NCBI RefSeq assembly: GCF_009914755.1
Contig: NC_060925.1
Length of the DNA: 64,000 nucleotides
Strand: one strand, 5' to 3'
Source of the DNA: the human T2T-CHM13v2.0 reference genome, Homo sapiens
The notes beneath the pieces were generated by a model. That model worked only from the letters and a program-made list of their open reading frames with translations, had not been told where the DNA came from and made no database searches. This document shows positions 31,030-45,249 of this stretch, piece by piece. Positions within the stretch are counted from its first letter, which is position 1, and each line of letters opens with the position of its first letter. The position numbers and the translations under genes were made by a program.

Positions 31030-31205
31030 GATAAGCAAATCCATAGAAACAGAAAGCAGAGCATAGATGAGTAGGAGCTGGGGGAAGGGAGAAATGGGAA
31101 ATGACTGCTAATCAGTGCAGCATTTCTTTTGGGAATGATGAAAATATTTTAAAATTAGATTGTTGTGATAGTTGCACAATATATTAAAACCATTGAGTTG
31201 TACAA
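31030..31205 (+). mobile_element. L1M 3' UTR fragment
   Basis: caaatccatagaaacagaaagcag..tgatgaaaatattttaaaattagattgt..ttgcacaat. Confidence 0.7.
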
Positions 31206-31349
31206 AATGACAATCAAATTGGGTGTGGAAGAGACAACTTTAAAAGATAGAGGGAGTTGGAAATTTGCTTCTTTAAGAAAAGTAAAACGTAAAATTGTAA
31301 AAAGCACATACATGTAGTTTATGCAGGAATGAAAGGTTGTAATTTAACC

Positions 31350-31689
31350 CAGCAGTCCCCAACCTTTTTGTCATTAGGAGCTGGTTTCATGGAAGACAAT
31401 TTTTCCATGGATGGGGGCAGGGGATGGGGAGTTTCAGGATGAAACTCTTCCACCTCACATCATCAGGCATTAGATTCTCATAAAAGACATGAAACCTAGA
31501 TCCCTCACATGCATAGTTTACAATAGTGTTCTCTCTTTTATGAGAATCTAATGCCCAGGCTGATCTGACCACAGTTTCTCAGGCACTCTCACCCAGCGCT
31601 CCCTTACTGCTCTGCTACCAGGTTCCTAACAGGCCACAGACTGTATAGTCGGCGGCCCAGCGGAGGGGGGGGTGGGGGGGTGGGGGCTG
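31350..31689 (+). mobile_element. MER1B (hAT-Charlie MITE)
   Basis: cagcagtccccaacctttttg..ggtttcatggaagacaatttttcca..cattagattctcataa; degenerate 8-bp TSD atttaacc/ctttaatc. Confidence 0.85.
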
Positions 31690-32103
31690 CTTTAATCAGT
31701 ACATCCATATACAAATGAAAGTCTTGAATTTATATTAAAAATCTAGGCAAAACATTGTGCATGTATATGTTTTAAGTTAAAATCCCTAATATACTTAAAA
31801 GTCTGTTTCTATGATTTCCTGCCTCACCAAACTTTTTCAAGTAACCAACCAAATATTAATAATGAGCACATTAGATAGAAGGCTTCTATGGTATTTCTTC
31901 ACTCAGTTAAACTAAAATTTAGTTTCTTTTCTTTTTCCGTTACCCAGTGAATGGCAGCTTGTGAAAAAACAAACATGAATAGCTTATAGAGATAATGCCT
32001 GTGTATAGTGAGAGTAAAAATTTTAAGTCTGTTAACAAATATGATTTTTGTGAATGAATACCTAACTTTTGAATATCATGTCTATTTAATCGATGTTTAG
32101 TAT

Positions 32104-32566
32104 TGTGACAGAGACTGTTTTACTTTTCTCAGAATGAAGGCTAGAAAAGATTTTCCAATTGCCCTGTAACTGGATATGGCCATATGACTAAATTTTGGCC
32201 ACTGAAATATGAGTAGAAATGGTGCTAAACAACGTTTAGGCTTGTTAAAAAAAAAAATACAAAAACCAAGAAACACAAAAAAAAAACTACCCTAAAATCC
32301 TCCCAGGTAAGATCTTCCATGATACACTCTCCATCCAGCTGACTCAAATGGAAATGACCGTAAGTGGAACCTGAGAGCCAAGGTGAAGGCAGTGGAGCTC
32401 TGAAATGGAAGGAGCCTTAGTCACTGTAACATAAGTTGCAAAAGAACCTACCTGACCAGATCACCAGTACTGGAGGATGCCATGCGCAATAAATAAACTT
32501 CACTGGCATAAGATATTTCAGAGATGTTGGGGTTTACCTGTAACAGCCACTAGAATTTACCCTAAT
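32104..32566 (+). mobile_element. MLT1-type (MaLR) LTR
   Basis: ggccatatgactaaattttggccactgaaat..gaaatggaaggagcct..aataaacttc. Confidence 0.65.
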
Positions 32567-33234
32567 GAATATCAGTAAAGCAATTTAAGAAAAGGGGAAA
32601 AGGAGAGAGAGAGGGACAGAGAGAGAGAGAGAATACGGCTACAGTTGGATGTCTTTTTCTTCTCCCTAGATAACAGGCCCAGCTAATTCCATATACACCA
32701 AATGGCTGCGCAGTGCCAAAGAAGGAAGAGGGCAACTCTCTCTCTCTCTCATTTGTTCCCCCAAAATCTTTATGAGCTGTGGTGTAGTCTGTGACCAAAG
32801 TTGTGTTGTTACTGGTGGCCCCATCAACCAACCAGTAATAGGATATAAGGCTATTAGAGGCTTGAATTGAATCAGCATGCATTCATTGATTCAACCAATA
32901 TTTAATGAGTAACTATTACATGTCAAAATTGTAAGTTTCTGAGGCTACAGTATTGTAAAAGTGCTTTTCAAAGTGGAAATACCCAGAATACAAATATTTC
33001 ATTAGCATTAGTAATGTCAAAATTATTGATCATATTGAGTCTAGAATTCATTAATCTAAATAGCCCACCACACTCTTGGGAGAAAAGATGATTTCTTTGT
33101 TTTGTTTAGCTACAGATTGAATTTTGCTTTTCCCCTTCTCATTAGAAATAGTTCTAATTTTTTCTGAAATATGACTGAGACTGTTCCTACTCATAAAATA
33201 CTCATGATCCTTACTGTATTTCTTGCCCTTGATC

Positions 33235-33552
33235 AAGGTGGGGTCATGTGGCTAATTCCTGCTAGTGGATAATTAAAGAACGTCTACATCTTTTCTGATC
33301 TGAGGCAAATAAGAGTAGAGGTGCCGTCTCTATACACTCTCTTTCTTTCTTCTAGCCAAGAGGCTGGAAGCAGAGGATTCTAAGATTTCCAAGTTGCAAG
33401 ATGGAAATAGCCTTGTCCCCAAGTCACGGCTTAGATAAGAGTCAGGTAGGATTGCCTCATGACCCACATTGAACTGAGCCATGTGCAAGGAATTGATTCT
33501 ATTAATCCAAGGAGAATGGACTTTATTTAATGTAGCAGTGTCCTGATAAATA
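33235..33552 (+). mobile_element. MLT1-type LTR fragment
   Basis: ggtggggtcatgtggctaattcctg..caagatggaaatagccttgtccc. Confidence 0.5.
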
Positions 33553-35169
33553 CATAAGACTGAGTGATATACCAAGACAAAGGAACAGTAAAAGATGAAT
33601 AAGATTTATTAAAATACTAGAAAAAATCTATGAAAAAAGTACAATCTCAACCCTACTTGTATACTGCTGAAGAAGCCTTTAATTGAAATTGGCAAGTCAA
33701 AGTGCAAACTCCAGACCCTTTAAACACCTCAGGAGCCTGCTCTTCCTTTCCTTATGGCTGATTACAAAATTGCTGCACATGGAAGCTGAAATAGAGGGGT
33801 TTAAATTGTCACATGCAAAGGCCTTATTTATTTATGAGGTCTCTGTGGAAGTTTGAAAACTCAGCCCTGAAATAATTGGAAAATTTTTGTGAGTTAATGC
33901 GGAATTACTAATGATTTCTTTTTAACACAAGGGAACTGACATAACTGCAAAAGAGAATTAACATGCTTTATTAATATTGCTAATATAATGATCATTAAAT
34001 ATTATCAACACACCAGCAGTGATATGTGTAGTGATATGTTACAAAGAGAGCCAATGAGAAAAAATAAAGGCCTTGCTCAATTTCTGATTTAAAAGACTAT
34101 AGCTATTCCCTAGTGCAGGAATTTTTGTATTATATTTGTAAAAGAAATCTGTTCTTTTCTCCAAGTCTGCTAAAGATGAAGGAAGCCAAGAGAAGGGTAC
34201 ATTGAATGCAAACAGCTACTTTCCTCACCAAGAACATTGAATGCTAGTGGAGAAAATATTGAAAATATGATGCTGCATGTTAATAAAACAAGTTTCTCTG
34301 CTTCCCTTTTTTGTAAAACACAGTTTACCTAGAGCAGCATAGGCTTGAAGAGTTTCTTCTGAATACTCTTACTATTTCTTAAAATTTCTCTGTCAATAAT
34401 CAACAAAGCCTCACTACTTATTCATAAAGAGCCATGTTTTTTTAAATTATATGCATTCTCTAAGAATTATGCTGATATCACTCTATTGATAGCTGCATTT
34501 ATAAGCCAATTCAAAATCCAAAATATTTGCCTCAGATGTTAACTACAAGGAGTACATATTCATAGAGATATGTTGCTGCGGCATAATTTTCTCTTTCTTA
34601 TTAATCACCTTTTTGAGCACCTTGTTTGCTAGACTTTAGTTTTATTTCTGTATTTTGTAATCAACAAAATATACTTCCTAAAGAAAATAGCTTGTGCCAT
34701 TTACTGCATGGCTGAAAGTTCCAGTGCAAGAAAGCACAGCTGGTTGGTTCCTTCAACCAACTCCCACTGTGATATGATAAAATATATCTAAATATGTAAT
34801 CATAATCTCCAGAGGTAAGCTAGGGCTGGCTTCAGACTTCTAAAAATCTCATCATGGCAACCTAGGAAAGGACTGATTTCAGCTTAGAAATTTGAATACA
34901 TTTCTTAATAATCACAAGCAGTACTGCTTCAATTGTCCCTAAGACCAAGTTCCTATTACTCTGCACTGATATGCCAAGTGAAAATAAGCTATTGATGTAT
35001 TCAGAGAAACAAGAAATCCACAGTTGTATCCTTAAATATTAATTCACCTTAGAAATGTTGATACAGTATACTTAGACAACAAAATATATACCACTGAGGT
35101 TTGCATCATATGGTGTAAACAGCATCATATTGGACAATAATTTAAAATCGCAGAATTATAAATATTTAG

Positions 35170-35335
35170 ATCTAGAAAATATCTTTCAAACCACCATAAT
35201 TCAATGGCTTTATTTTCAGAGGAAGAAACAGAGCTCAGGAGAATCAAGTGACTTATTTAAGATTGATCACACAGCTAGTTCAAGACAGAGTTGGGACTAA
35301 AAACTCAGGTTTTTTGACTAGTCAGACATTTCTAT
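35170..35335 (-). mobile_element. MIR
   Basis: ttttcagaggaagaaacagagctcag..aagtgactt..cacacagctagt. Confidence 0.65.
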
Positions 35336-36707
35336 TGTACATACAGTGCACAAGGTTGACCAGATGAGTCATGAGTGAACAGATGCCAGTACACTACCCA
35401 AATGAACCATGAGGACACCTGTAGCCACAGCTATTTGCATTGATTTGCTCCGGGTATTTGGAGAGGAACTTGAAAATGCACGACTTTGTCAAAACTGGCT
35501 GACTTATATTCAAAATGATGAACGTTTATCAAGACTTTACTATGTAAAGTGACAGAATCGGGGAATTTAGGCACTTTATATCTTAGTATCCAATAAAACC
35601 CTTTGGGATATTCCCATGGGAGCTACACCATGTCCTCGGCATATTTTAGTTTGCATATATTCTTCTGTACTATCAGCTGATAGGACTAAAAACAAAAGGA
35701 GCATTTCAATTTTTGACAGGGGAGATGGAGGAGATGGCAAAGGGATCACAGGCAAAGAGACCAGATCTCTTCATCGGCACCTAAACCGAATGACCTGTCC
35801 TTTTACGTTTTTTCCTCCTTTCTTTCCCCTTTTCCTTTCCCCCACCTTCCTCCCTCCTTTCTTCCTGCAAGGCTTGTCAGAAATAGATAGAGGTCTAGGG
35901 TATTTCAAAAAGAGACAGAGGTCTGGGATATTTCCTTTTTTAAATTTTTTTTCCTTTTTTCTTGAGGCTTCAGGTATATGAAAATAAAAAGATGACAAAT
36001 CAGGATACATATATTAAATGTTTTCGTTTAACAAACCGACAATTTTAATACACACACAAAGCAATATAATTGTACTATTCATAAGATAATTATGATTTTT
36101 AAAAGAATTATTTCACTGCACAATAGACACCATGATGAAACAGTGCATACATTTGAAAGTGTAGAATGGATGCCTTCTTTCTAACCTGCATTTCTAACCT
36201 CTTTCTAAACTGTCTGTGTAATTGGATGGGAGAAGCCAGAAGTTTAAATTTGACTACTTCTGTGCACATGCTGACCAAGTACCTTTCTCTCCCTTGCTTC
36301 TGTCTTTGCCTTTCTTCTATTGCCAAACCCCAGGGATGGCAGAATGTAGGAGTCTCTGGAAGCACAAAATCAGGACCACCCTCAGGCCCTCTATTTAGGT
36401 TTCAGTGTCAGCGTAGGGCTGGACAGGATAGGGGACATTAGTTGGTCAACTGCAAACTAAAGAGGAGGGTTTGCTCAAGGAAGCATGAACAACTGTTTCA
36501 AGGGAACAAAATCTAAGAGCAAACTAGGTCAAAAAGTAGAAGAGGTCCACAATACTTTGTTTTCAAGGCCACACCCAAAGTTCAAGACAAAGCTTGAATG
36601 AAGGGTCAAGGAGTGTGAGTAGCAGGAAGGCAGGTCAGATGAGACACCAGGGGCACTGTGAAAACTCCACAAAGGGCCTGGCCTTTCCACCCATTGTTAC
36701 TGGCCCC

Positions 36708-37105
36708 TGTATTAGGCCATTCTTACATTGCTGTAAAGAAATACCTGAGACTAGGTAATTTATAAAGAAAAGAGGTTTAACTAGCTCATGGTTCTGCAGG
36801 CTGTACAGGAAGCATGGCACTGGGCATCTACTTGACTTCTGATGAGGCCTCAGGAAACTTACAAACATGGCAGAAGGCAAAAGGGCAGCTGGCACATCAC
36901 ATGGCAAAAGCAAGAGAGTTGGGAGGAGGTGCCACACACTTTTAAACGACCAGATTTCACGGCGATTCACTATCGTGAAGACAGCTCTAAGCCATGAGGA
37001 ATCTACCCTGGTGACCCAAACACTTCCTACCAGTCCCCACCTTCAGCATTGGAAATTACAAATAAAGGTGAGATTTCTGTGGGGACAGATATCCAAACTA
37101 TATCA
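36708..37105 (-). mobile_element. MSTB-like solo LTR
   Basis: TGTATTAG...ACTATATCA; perfect TSD GCCCC (36703-36707 and 37106-37110). Confidence 0.92.
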
Positions 37106-37876
37106 GCCCCACTGGAATAAGGAGTTCTCATTACTTCCTATCGTCCTGAACTTGGATAGAGAAAAGGTTGGTTCAGGGGGAAGGCCAGAGTTGGTAGGAA
37201 AAAAATGGACAAAATTATTATCTAATTTTTCATCTCTTCTCTCCCTCAAGACTAATAATAACATTCATTACTCAGGATCTGATCACATAAAATCCTCTCT
37301 CTTTGGCCACTCACTGGACATTTGTTCTCCATTGTTCCCTCTTCCAGAATAAAATGGGAAGAAAGAGGGTGAAATCTGAACCAGGTAGAAACTGACTTGT
37401 TAGGAAGGCTAGGAAACTATTAGCTATGATCATTTTTTTTAATTATGTGAATTCAATTTCACCACTATAATTGACCTCATTAATTCAAGTGTTTGAGAAC
37501 CAACAGTTGCATACATTTTTCTGGACAAAGAACTACAGAAGTTGATACTGGCCTCTTCTTACATAAGCCTCAGTCTTGGACTGCAAACTTCCTACTAGGT
37601 TTCTAGCCCTGAAATTTCATGCAAACCCAGTATGTATGTGCATTGTTTCTCATTTTTTTCTAGGATGAATGTCTGCAGATTACACTACATCCGTAGAACA
37701 GGTTTGTGACCCTAAAACTATAAAAAACATCTTGCTTTATTGCCTCATATATACTCTCTGCCCTAAACAACTTCCTTCCAGGTAAAAAAAAAGATAATTT
37801 ATTTTGCTTTTCACACATGTGTCATACATGAAAATGGTCCTACACCAGACAGAAAGTACCATTAAAAATAGTGCCA

Positions 37877-38179
37877 GGCCAGGCATGGTGGCTCACACCT
37901 GTAATCCCAGCACTCTGGGAGGCCAAGGTAGGTGGATCAAGAGGTCAGGAGTTCAAGACCAGCCTGGCCAAGATGGTGAAACCCCATCTCTACTAAAAAT
38001 ACAAAAAATTAGCCAGGCGTGGTGGCAGGTGCCTGTAATCCCAGCTACTCAGGAGGCTGAGGCAGAGAATTGCTTGAACCAGGAGGTGGAGGTTGCAGTG
38101 AGTCCAGGTTGCGCCACTGCACTCCAGCCTGGGTGACAGAGCAAGACTCCGTCTCCAAAAAAAAAAAAAAAAAAAAAAA
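37877..38179 (+). mobile_element. AluSg-like
   Basis: Full dimer with ggatcaagaggtcaggagttc and ggccaagatggtg; poly(A); flanking gtgcca repeat. Confidence 0.9.
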
Positions 38180-40684
38180 GGTGCCATCCTACATAAGCTT
38201 GATATCCAGTGGGTACTGAGAACAGCTAGCTTAAAGCTCTGGGCAGGTGAGTGGATTGCTGCAAAATGCAGGCAGGACCGGGTAGGGCATCTTTACCCAT
38301 CTTACCAGGCTTTTCCAGGCAAGCTGAGGTTCAAGTCCTGGTTACCATGCTTTTTAATCATGTCTTCTAACATTGTAGGACAGTGATAGAAAAAGGGATC
38401 TGAGCTTGAGTTTCAGGTAGACTTTTCCCACAGAGAAGGAGGTACATAATTATTCTCTTTATCATAAACACTGAGTCTTCTTTGGTGAAAGACTCAAAAT
38501 GGAGGAATTTCTCCCTCTATTGTGGATGGCTTGAATATGGTCCTGCCAGGGGCAGAGGAATTGACCAGAGGACTTCTCCAAAGATCTCTGAATTTCCAGT
38601 GTTCCATGTAGTTTAGAGTTCTATTTTATATTCCTCCAACCTACCTTAAAAATGGCCAGAAATGACACCTTGTTGCAAGAATGCATCTTCCCCTCCAAAA
38701 CCAATCTCCAGGCAGGTGCCAAGACCTTGAGGAGCTAAGCCGTCTCTCCATTCTGTCAAATCCACTTAGGTGGGACACTTTTTCTTACACTTCAACTGCT
38801 CTCCGGTGCCTGACCCTTTGTCTAGATTATTGTTTTCATCCAGTGTGGTGTTTGGCCGACTCCCAGGGTTCTGATAACTACATTTGAAAGGATATATCTG
38901 AAAATGGAGAGGGCCATACAAATTGTACTTAGAAGTGTATACATTTGAAAATTTAATGGGACATATCCATCACTCCCAGACACCAAAATGATGGTTTTAT
39001 AGATCACGTAATTGTTCTGAACACCATTTCTTGAGAACCTTCATCTTTGAACCGTAGCTATTTCATTTATCGCAGCTATTTGGATCATTTAAAATTTAGC
39101 CCACTTTTCTCCAGGTGATTTATTTAGTGTTTATAAGTCCATCTTGACATCTTCTTTTATTTCTTCCACCAAAAAAAATCTTATCCTTATGGTCTTAGTG
39201 GAGGCATCATTTACATCTAGAGAAGCATATCTGAAAATATATTACCTTTAAATAGTAGGATTCATCATATCTGAGTTCATATGTCTGATAGCCAAAAAGC
39301 ACCATTTCATTTCAGAAGAAAAATTGCTTCTGTCAGTGTAAACAGAATGCATTACCCCTTTTTAATAACCATTCTTAAGTATGCTGCTGTATTACTTTTT
39401 CACAGCTGTATTCCAATAAGCTGTAGAGTAATTGCCAGTTCTCCTATCTAATAGGTTCATTATTCTTTTGCCATAATTGCAGCCATTAAATGTTCAATTG
39501 TTAAATTTCCACTCCTACGTTTACTTAGCGTTACATTTTATAATGGGGCATGTCATTACAGCACCCCAGTGGCCATGGCTGTTCTTCAAAGTATTTCTAA
39601 AAGTCAGTGAGATCCCTGTGAAATTTGTCATTTTTTATTTGTTCAAATATCCACCTGTCCTCCCCAAAGTCCCTTCTTCCCATTTTTAGACTTTCTAGAA
39701 GTAGGCTCTTAGAAATTGTTAACTTTTACTAGAAGTTTAAGAACCTGACCTAGACTGGGAGACATAAAGCTGAGCCCTCAATGTCTCTGAGCAGTGCTTT
39801 TCTCAGTTTAATGTCATGATTCATATATAATAAGGTGATAGAGTGAAGATTTTACTAAGGAAATTAACACTTAAGACTTAATGGTTTTTTCAAGAGCTCT
39901 GATTTGTCTTTTATCTGTTAAATTTGTGGGGTTTTTTCCTCAAATGAAAGATCCATCGGTCAGGGGTTATGGAATCACTAACCCCTGGTCTGCGATGCTT
40001 ATGATAATAAGGTGAATGCCTTACTTTTATTGCTTGACATTTCTGGATATGCCACTTCCTCTGGTCTGGGCTCACCTATTCTGTCTGATGGAGTGGATTG
40101 AGTTATGTTGGCAGGATATATTAATAAAGATGAATAGGAAAATAAGAGATTTTAACTCACTCACTGTACATAGTTGAGTATCTCCTGATTCGCTTGAGTT
40201 ATTTTTTGTCTATTCGCTTGCTTTGGGGTTTCAGTATAAAGTTAGAAGTTCTTTTTTAAGACACCTAGTATTTTTAAGTACTCAAATATTAGCCAAAAGC
40301 TTTGATTTGGGTCATATTTCATTTTAAATAGTTTTCTAATAATCTATTCATCAGTTAATCATCACTTTCAAGGTTATTTTACTTCACTTCCATTCATTGC
40401 ATTAACTTTTATTTCCTTCTGAAGCTGAAAATAATTTTTATAGTCAATGAGTTTAGTATTATAATTTTGTCCAACTCATTTCAGCTCTATTTGGGAATCT
40501 GTTTCAGTTCTTTCTGGAATATTCTATACTTTAGAGTAGTTTTTTTTTTTGTAAGCACAGTAGAACCTTTTTATTTAATAACATGGTTCATGGTATCAGA
40601 TGTGGCATAGATCAACTTGTATGCCTTATACTATAACCATTAGACACAGAGCCACTTCCCCTGTTCATTTTCCCTGATGTTGGT

Positions 40685-40890
40685 AACAATAATAGTTAAC
40701 ATTTGTTGAGTGTTTACTGTCATCCTGTCTCTGTACCATATGATTATATGTATTTTCTCATTTTATCCCTATGAGGTAGGTACATTTATTATTCCCACTT
40801 TATGGATGAGGAAACTGAGACTCACAGAGGTTAAGTAACTTGTACAAAGTCATAGCTAATAACTGTTGAGTCCAGAGCCCACACTCTTAA
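40685..40890 (-). mobile_element. MIR
   Basis: ccctatgaggtaggtac..cccactttatggatgaggaaactgagactcacagaggttaagtaacttg. Confidence 0.85.
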
Positions 40891-41232
40891 CTTCTATTTG
40901 ACACTGTTATAAAGGGGGTGCTTCTATAAACAGTGAAAGAAGCTAAAATATTTATAAGGCAGCAAATATTAAATAACCAAAGAATTCTGCCACTTGCCTG
41001 GGCAGACAGAGGGAAAAACAACTTGCCAAAGTTCACAGGGAAAAACGGACACCCAGCACAGAATTCTTCCACTGTCATTAGCCCTTCACAATATTAGCCT
41101 GTCCACAAAACAGACCAAAGGAAATCACTATAAAATTGGCTTCAGACTTGTTTACAGTTTATTAGTCCCAGTAACTTTCCTATAAAGAAAAGACTTGACT
41201 TTAAAATATTTAATATGTATATTTTAAATATT

Positions 41233-41235
<3 letters not shown>

Positions 41236-41265
<30 letters not shown>
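41236..41265. repeat. (AC)15 microsatellite
   Basis: Direct reading. Confidence 0.95.
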
Positions 41266-41269
<4 letters not shown>

Positions 41270-42719
41270 TCCCAAAAACTCCATCAAAGTTTCCCATCCC
41301 CTAAATTCTACCATCCCTAAAACTATCAAAGTGTCAGAGTATTTCTGTCTTTCACATTTTGGCAAAATAAATTTTGTGTTAAGACCTTAGATATAATTTC
41401 ATTGCTGATAATGAAAACTGAATGACACTTCTTTTTCTCTTCCTTGGCTATATTGGCTTTGCAACATTACTAAGAGTGAATATTTGTTGTCACTAAAGCA
41501 GTCAGCTGTGTCACTTGGGAAAGGAAGATATATGGAATAGGATAGTGTTATTTTGACAATTACTTTGTTTCAAAGCAATGCAGTAAGTGTATCTTGTTTT
41601 GCTCCTTTACTTACAAGACAATGGCCAACATGGAAAAAGAAAGAGCACAGCATAGTTAGGGTCGATAAGAAAGCCATATTGTGTGATAAACTAAAAGAGG
41701 CACATTACCTGATGAAGTCAAAGGAATCACCCAGGGAGACTGTGACTACAATGGCTGCAGAAATAACTGGAGAGAGAATGAAAAGACAAGCATCCACCTG
41801 TCTGAAAACAGATTTCCTACCTGTCCAATTAGGCAGGTGGTCTTTTGGTGGTGACATATTTTAGAAAATGGTCAGTGACCACAAAGAAAAGTAGTAAAAG
41901 ATTTGTCAATCAAAAAGTGATTATCGTTAGAGTTTATTTAGTGCAAGGTAAAATTAGCTAATCAAGTCTTGGAAATTTTCTGAAAGAATTGAATATAAAG
42001 TAGTTCAAGAGAAGGGAATCTTTTCTGGTCAAATTATCTTTAGATTTGAGGCATCAGAGATAACCAACACAACTGAAGAAAATATATACAAGATCCATTG
42101 TTCTAATGTACTTAGTACATTCAAAAGCTTTTATTAGACCTTTAAGAGTTAGCTCTAATAACAAGTATTGTGATAATTTGTTTAAACTACTATTCTAAAC
42201 TGCAGGGTGTGGACAAAATACTTATTTCAGATACATATCTATGAAGATTGCAAGTGGTAAAACAGAAAAAGAAATGGGATGTTGATTTTCCCCTATTCTA
42301 TGGAAACATTGAATGACTTCAACCCTCATGTATCCTTGTTTCCTAAAAAAAAATAAATACACACATATTAAATACAGATGACTCAAAAAGGTTTAGAAAA
42401 GTCTAAACTGAATCTTTCTATTAGGTGGAAAATTTTACATGGATATGATTCCATTCTCCAAGTCCAATTCTGGAGAGATCCAATGCCATAAGAATTATGG
42501 TCCCCAGATGTGACAAAAGCAAAGTGAGAAACCCCTAGAAAGACAAAGATAGGTGGTTCCCAGTGTGTGTGTTGGAGTGAGATGGAAGTGCTTTTTCACC
42601 CAGGGTGAAAGAGGAGCCAGGAGGTGAGACAAAGTTTTCTCGTAATGCGCTTAACTTCACCTTATGTTGCCCCAAGTAAGGGAAAAAATCAGCAGCTCCA
42701 ACCCAACAAACTGGATGTT

Positions 42720-45240
42720 CTGTCTATTGCTGGTAAAGAAATGCTATCTTTTTCTATATTGATCCTGTATCCTGCAAACTTGCTGGACTGCTATATATTT
42801 AAGCAGCTCCACTGTGTACCTTTTAATACATTTTAACATCTCTGAAATTAAAATGAATCTTCTAATCTAATTTATAATCATTATTTTCTAGGTAGAAATC
42901 ATCAGTGCTAGTACATGAGTGAACTTGGTCATAGCTATCATTTCAAATGAATGGTGAATATAGTTAGTACTACATGTGCTCAGTGTAACTGTCAATTAAA
43001 CTGTCTTTACAATAATTACAATATTATTAAGTTTTGGAAAGAAAAGTTATTTAGTACACCAAAAGGCACAGAAACAGAGTAACAAAGCATAAATTAGATA
43101 CTAACAGAGTAAATATTAATTACGGAAGGAATAATCAAAAAACATTATTTCCTTACAAAATAATAACTAAATGCTATACAGAAAGAAAGGAAAATGTCCA
43201 CAAGTAGATGAAAGCTGTGTGGTATGTTATTACTGCAATGAGTGGAAAATAATTACCCATCATATGTCAAGTAATAAAACCAAGGGCTGGGGAACTTCCC
43301 TGATCACTGCAAAGACTGGAGAAAATGACAAATCTCTCTGTAAAGTGAAAGACACTAATTCACATAGTGGGCAGGACTATTGTCAAGGCAGTTTCAGAAT
43401 TTAATTGACATCGCTTTTTTTCTTTCTTAGTGGTAGAAAATAACGATGAGTCATAACAACTGATAAAAATTATAGACTCAATGAAAATCTGTGAATTCTA
43501 GTTATGTTCATTACCACAGTTGAAAATGACAGCTGTGCTTCTTTATAATACTTTTATTTTTTTTTCCTGCCTTATTATGCTCTCTGGGATCTCCAACAAA
43601 TACTAAAAGGAGAGAAAATAGAAGCCTGCTCCCTTTTGCTAATTTTAAAAGCAGAGCTTTTAATATTTCACTTTAAACAGGAGGTTCAGTTTTTTAAAAA
43701 TTGTTGTAAATACCTTTAGGGGTTAAGAGACCTCCCTGGTTTGCTCAGAGTAATATCATAAAGGATGTTAAACTTTGTCAAATAATTTTAATGCATCTGT
43801 GGATATAATTATGTGAGTTTTTTTCCTTCTATCTATTGATTTGAAACTTTACATTAATTTTTATAATGTTAAATCAATCTTCAATTGTTCAGTTAAACCC
43901 AAAGTGACCATGATGCATTTTCCTTATATTTTGCTGCATTCATTTTGTTACTATTTTGTTTAGAGTTTTTGCATCTATTTTTATAAATATCCTGTCATTT
44001 TCTTTTCTTGATTAATTCTCTTCAATTCTTAGTATCAAAAGTAAACTAGTCTCATAAGGTAAATTTGAGAGCAGTCATTTTCTTCATATACCTTGAATAT
44101 TTTGTGATTGAAAGTACTATTTCCTTGAATACTGGATGAGACTTGCCTAAAATCATCTGTTGTTGAATTTGCGTTGTGGGAATAATTTTGGCTGCTAATA
44201 TAACTTTTTAAATGTGTTTATAGTTCAGGTTTCCTATTTATTCCTGAGTCATATTTGGTGAGTTATATTTTTCTAGAACATTACTTATTATATTTTTATT
44301 ATACTGTAACTTGTACTTTTAATAGAACATAACCTATCTCATCTATATTTTGTAATTTATTTTAATGAAACTACCACTAAATTAATAATTTTTATTATTT
44401 ATTTCATGTCTGCAGCTTCTATATTTATGTCCCTTTTTTCCATTCTTAATACAGTTTGTGTCTTTTTTTTTTTTTTTTGCTTTTTCACTCTCACTCACAG
44501 GTTTGTCAATATACTAGACTTTTCAAAGAACTTTTTGTGTTTTGTTATGCTGTATATTATAAATTTTAATTGTATTCATTACTTTCCACTCTTGTATTTA
44601 TTTTTTTTTGTTCTTCGACTTTATTTTGCAATTATTTTCTAATTCTAATTTAGATGACTAGCTAATTAGCATTTTTAGTTTTCCTACTTCTTAAATGTCA
44701 GCATTTTAACTTTAACGCAATGTATTTCACTCAAAATTATTTTTGTTGAATGTTATAATATTTGACATGTAGCATTTTCATAATTGTCAATTCAAAATTT
44801 TTTCTAATTTCCAATGCGATTTATTTTTTGATCCATGGGTTTACTTTAGAAGTGAATTTTTTTTTAATTTCCAAATATATAATCTGTTTTGGCTATTAAC
44901 ATTTCTTATTAAAGTATAATTGACAAATAAAAAAGTCTATATTTACATGTACAATATGATGTTTTGATATACGTATACATTGTGAGATAGTTAATCAAGC
45001 TAATTAACATACCATCACCTCACCAAATATAAAATTTTAAATTTATTGAGCCCTGGGTTTACTTTATTGTGGTCAGAGGATGTCTCTGATTCCAATCTGT
45101 AAGTATTTGTAGAGATTTGTTTTATGAACCAGAAAATATTCAAATTTTGCTTTGTGCTTGAGAAAATGTATTCTCTGTAGTTGTTGGATGCAGTGTTCTA
45201 TACATGTCCATTGGATGAATTTTGTTAATCATATTGCTTA
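42720..45240 (-). mobile_element. Old L1M ORF2 remnants (antisense) with nested elements
   Basis: T-rich reverse-complement L1 motifs (tattgatcctgtatcctgcaaac; tgtggtcagag; ttgttggatgcagtgttctata). Confidence 0.7.
42812..43490 (+). mobile_element. TcMar-Tigger fossil (Tigger13a-like) nested in L1M
   Basis: acattttaacatctctgaaatt near the left end; CENPB-like HTH remnant (KKGKCPQVDE, ORF at 43171); TIR-like gactcaatgaaaat at the right end. Confidence 0.65.
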
Positions 45241-45249
45241 ACTCCAGGA

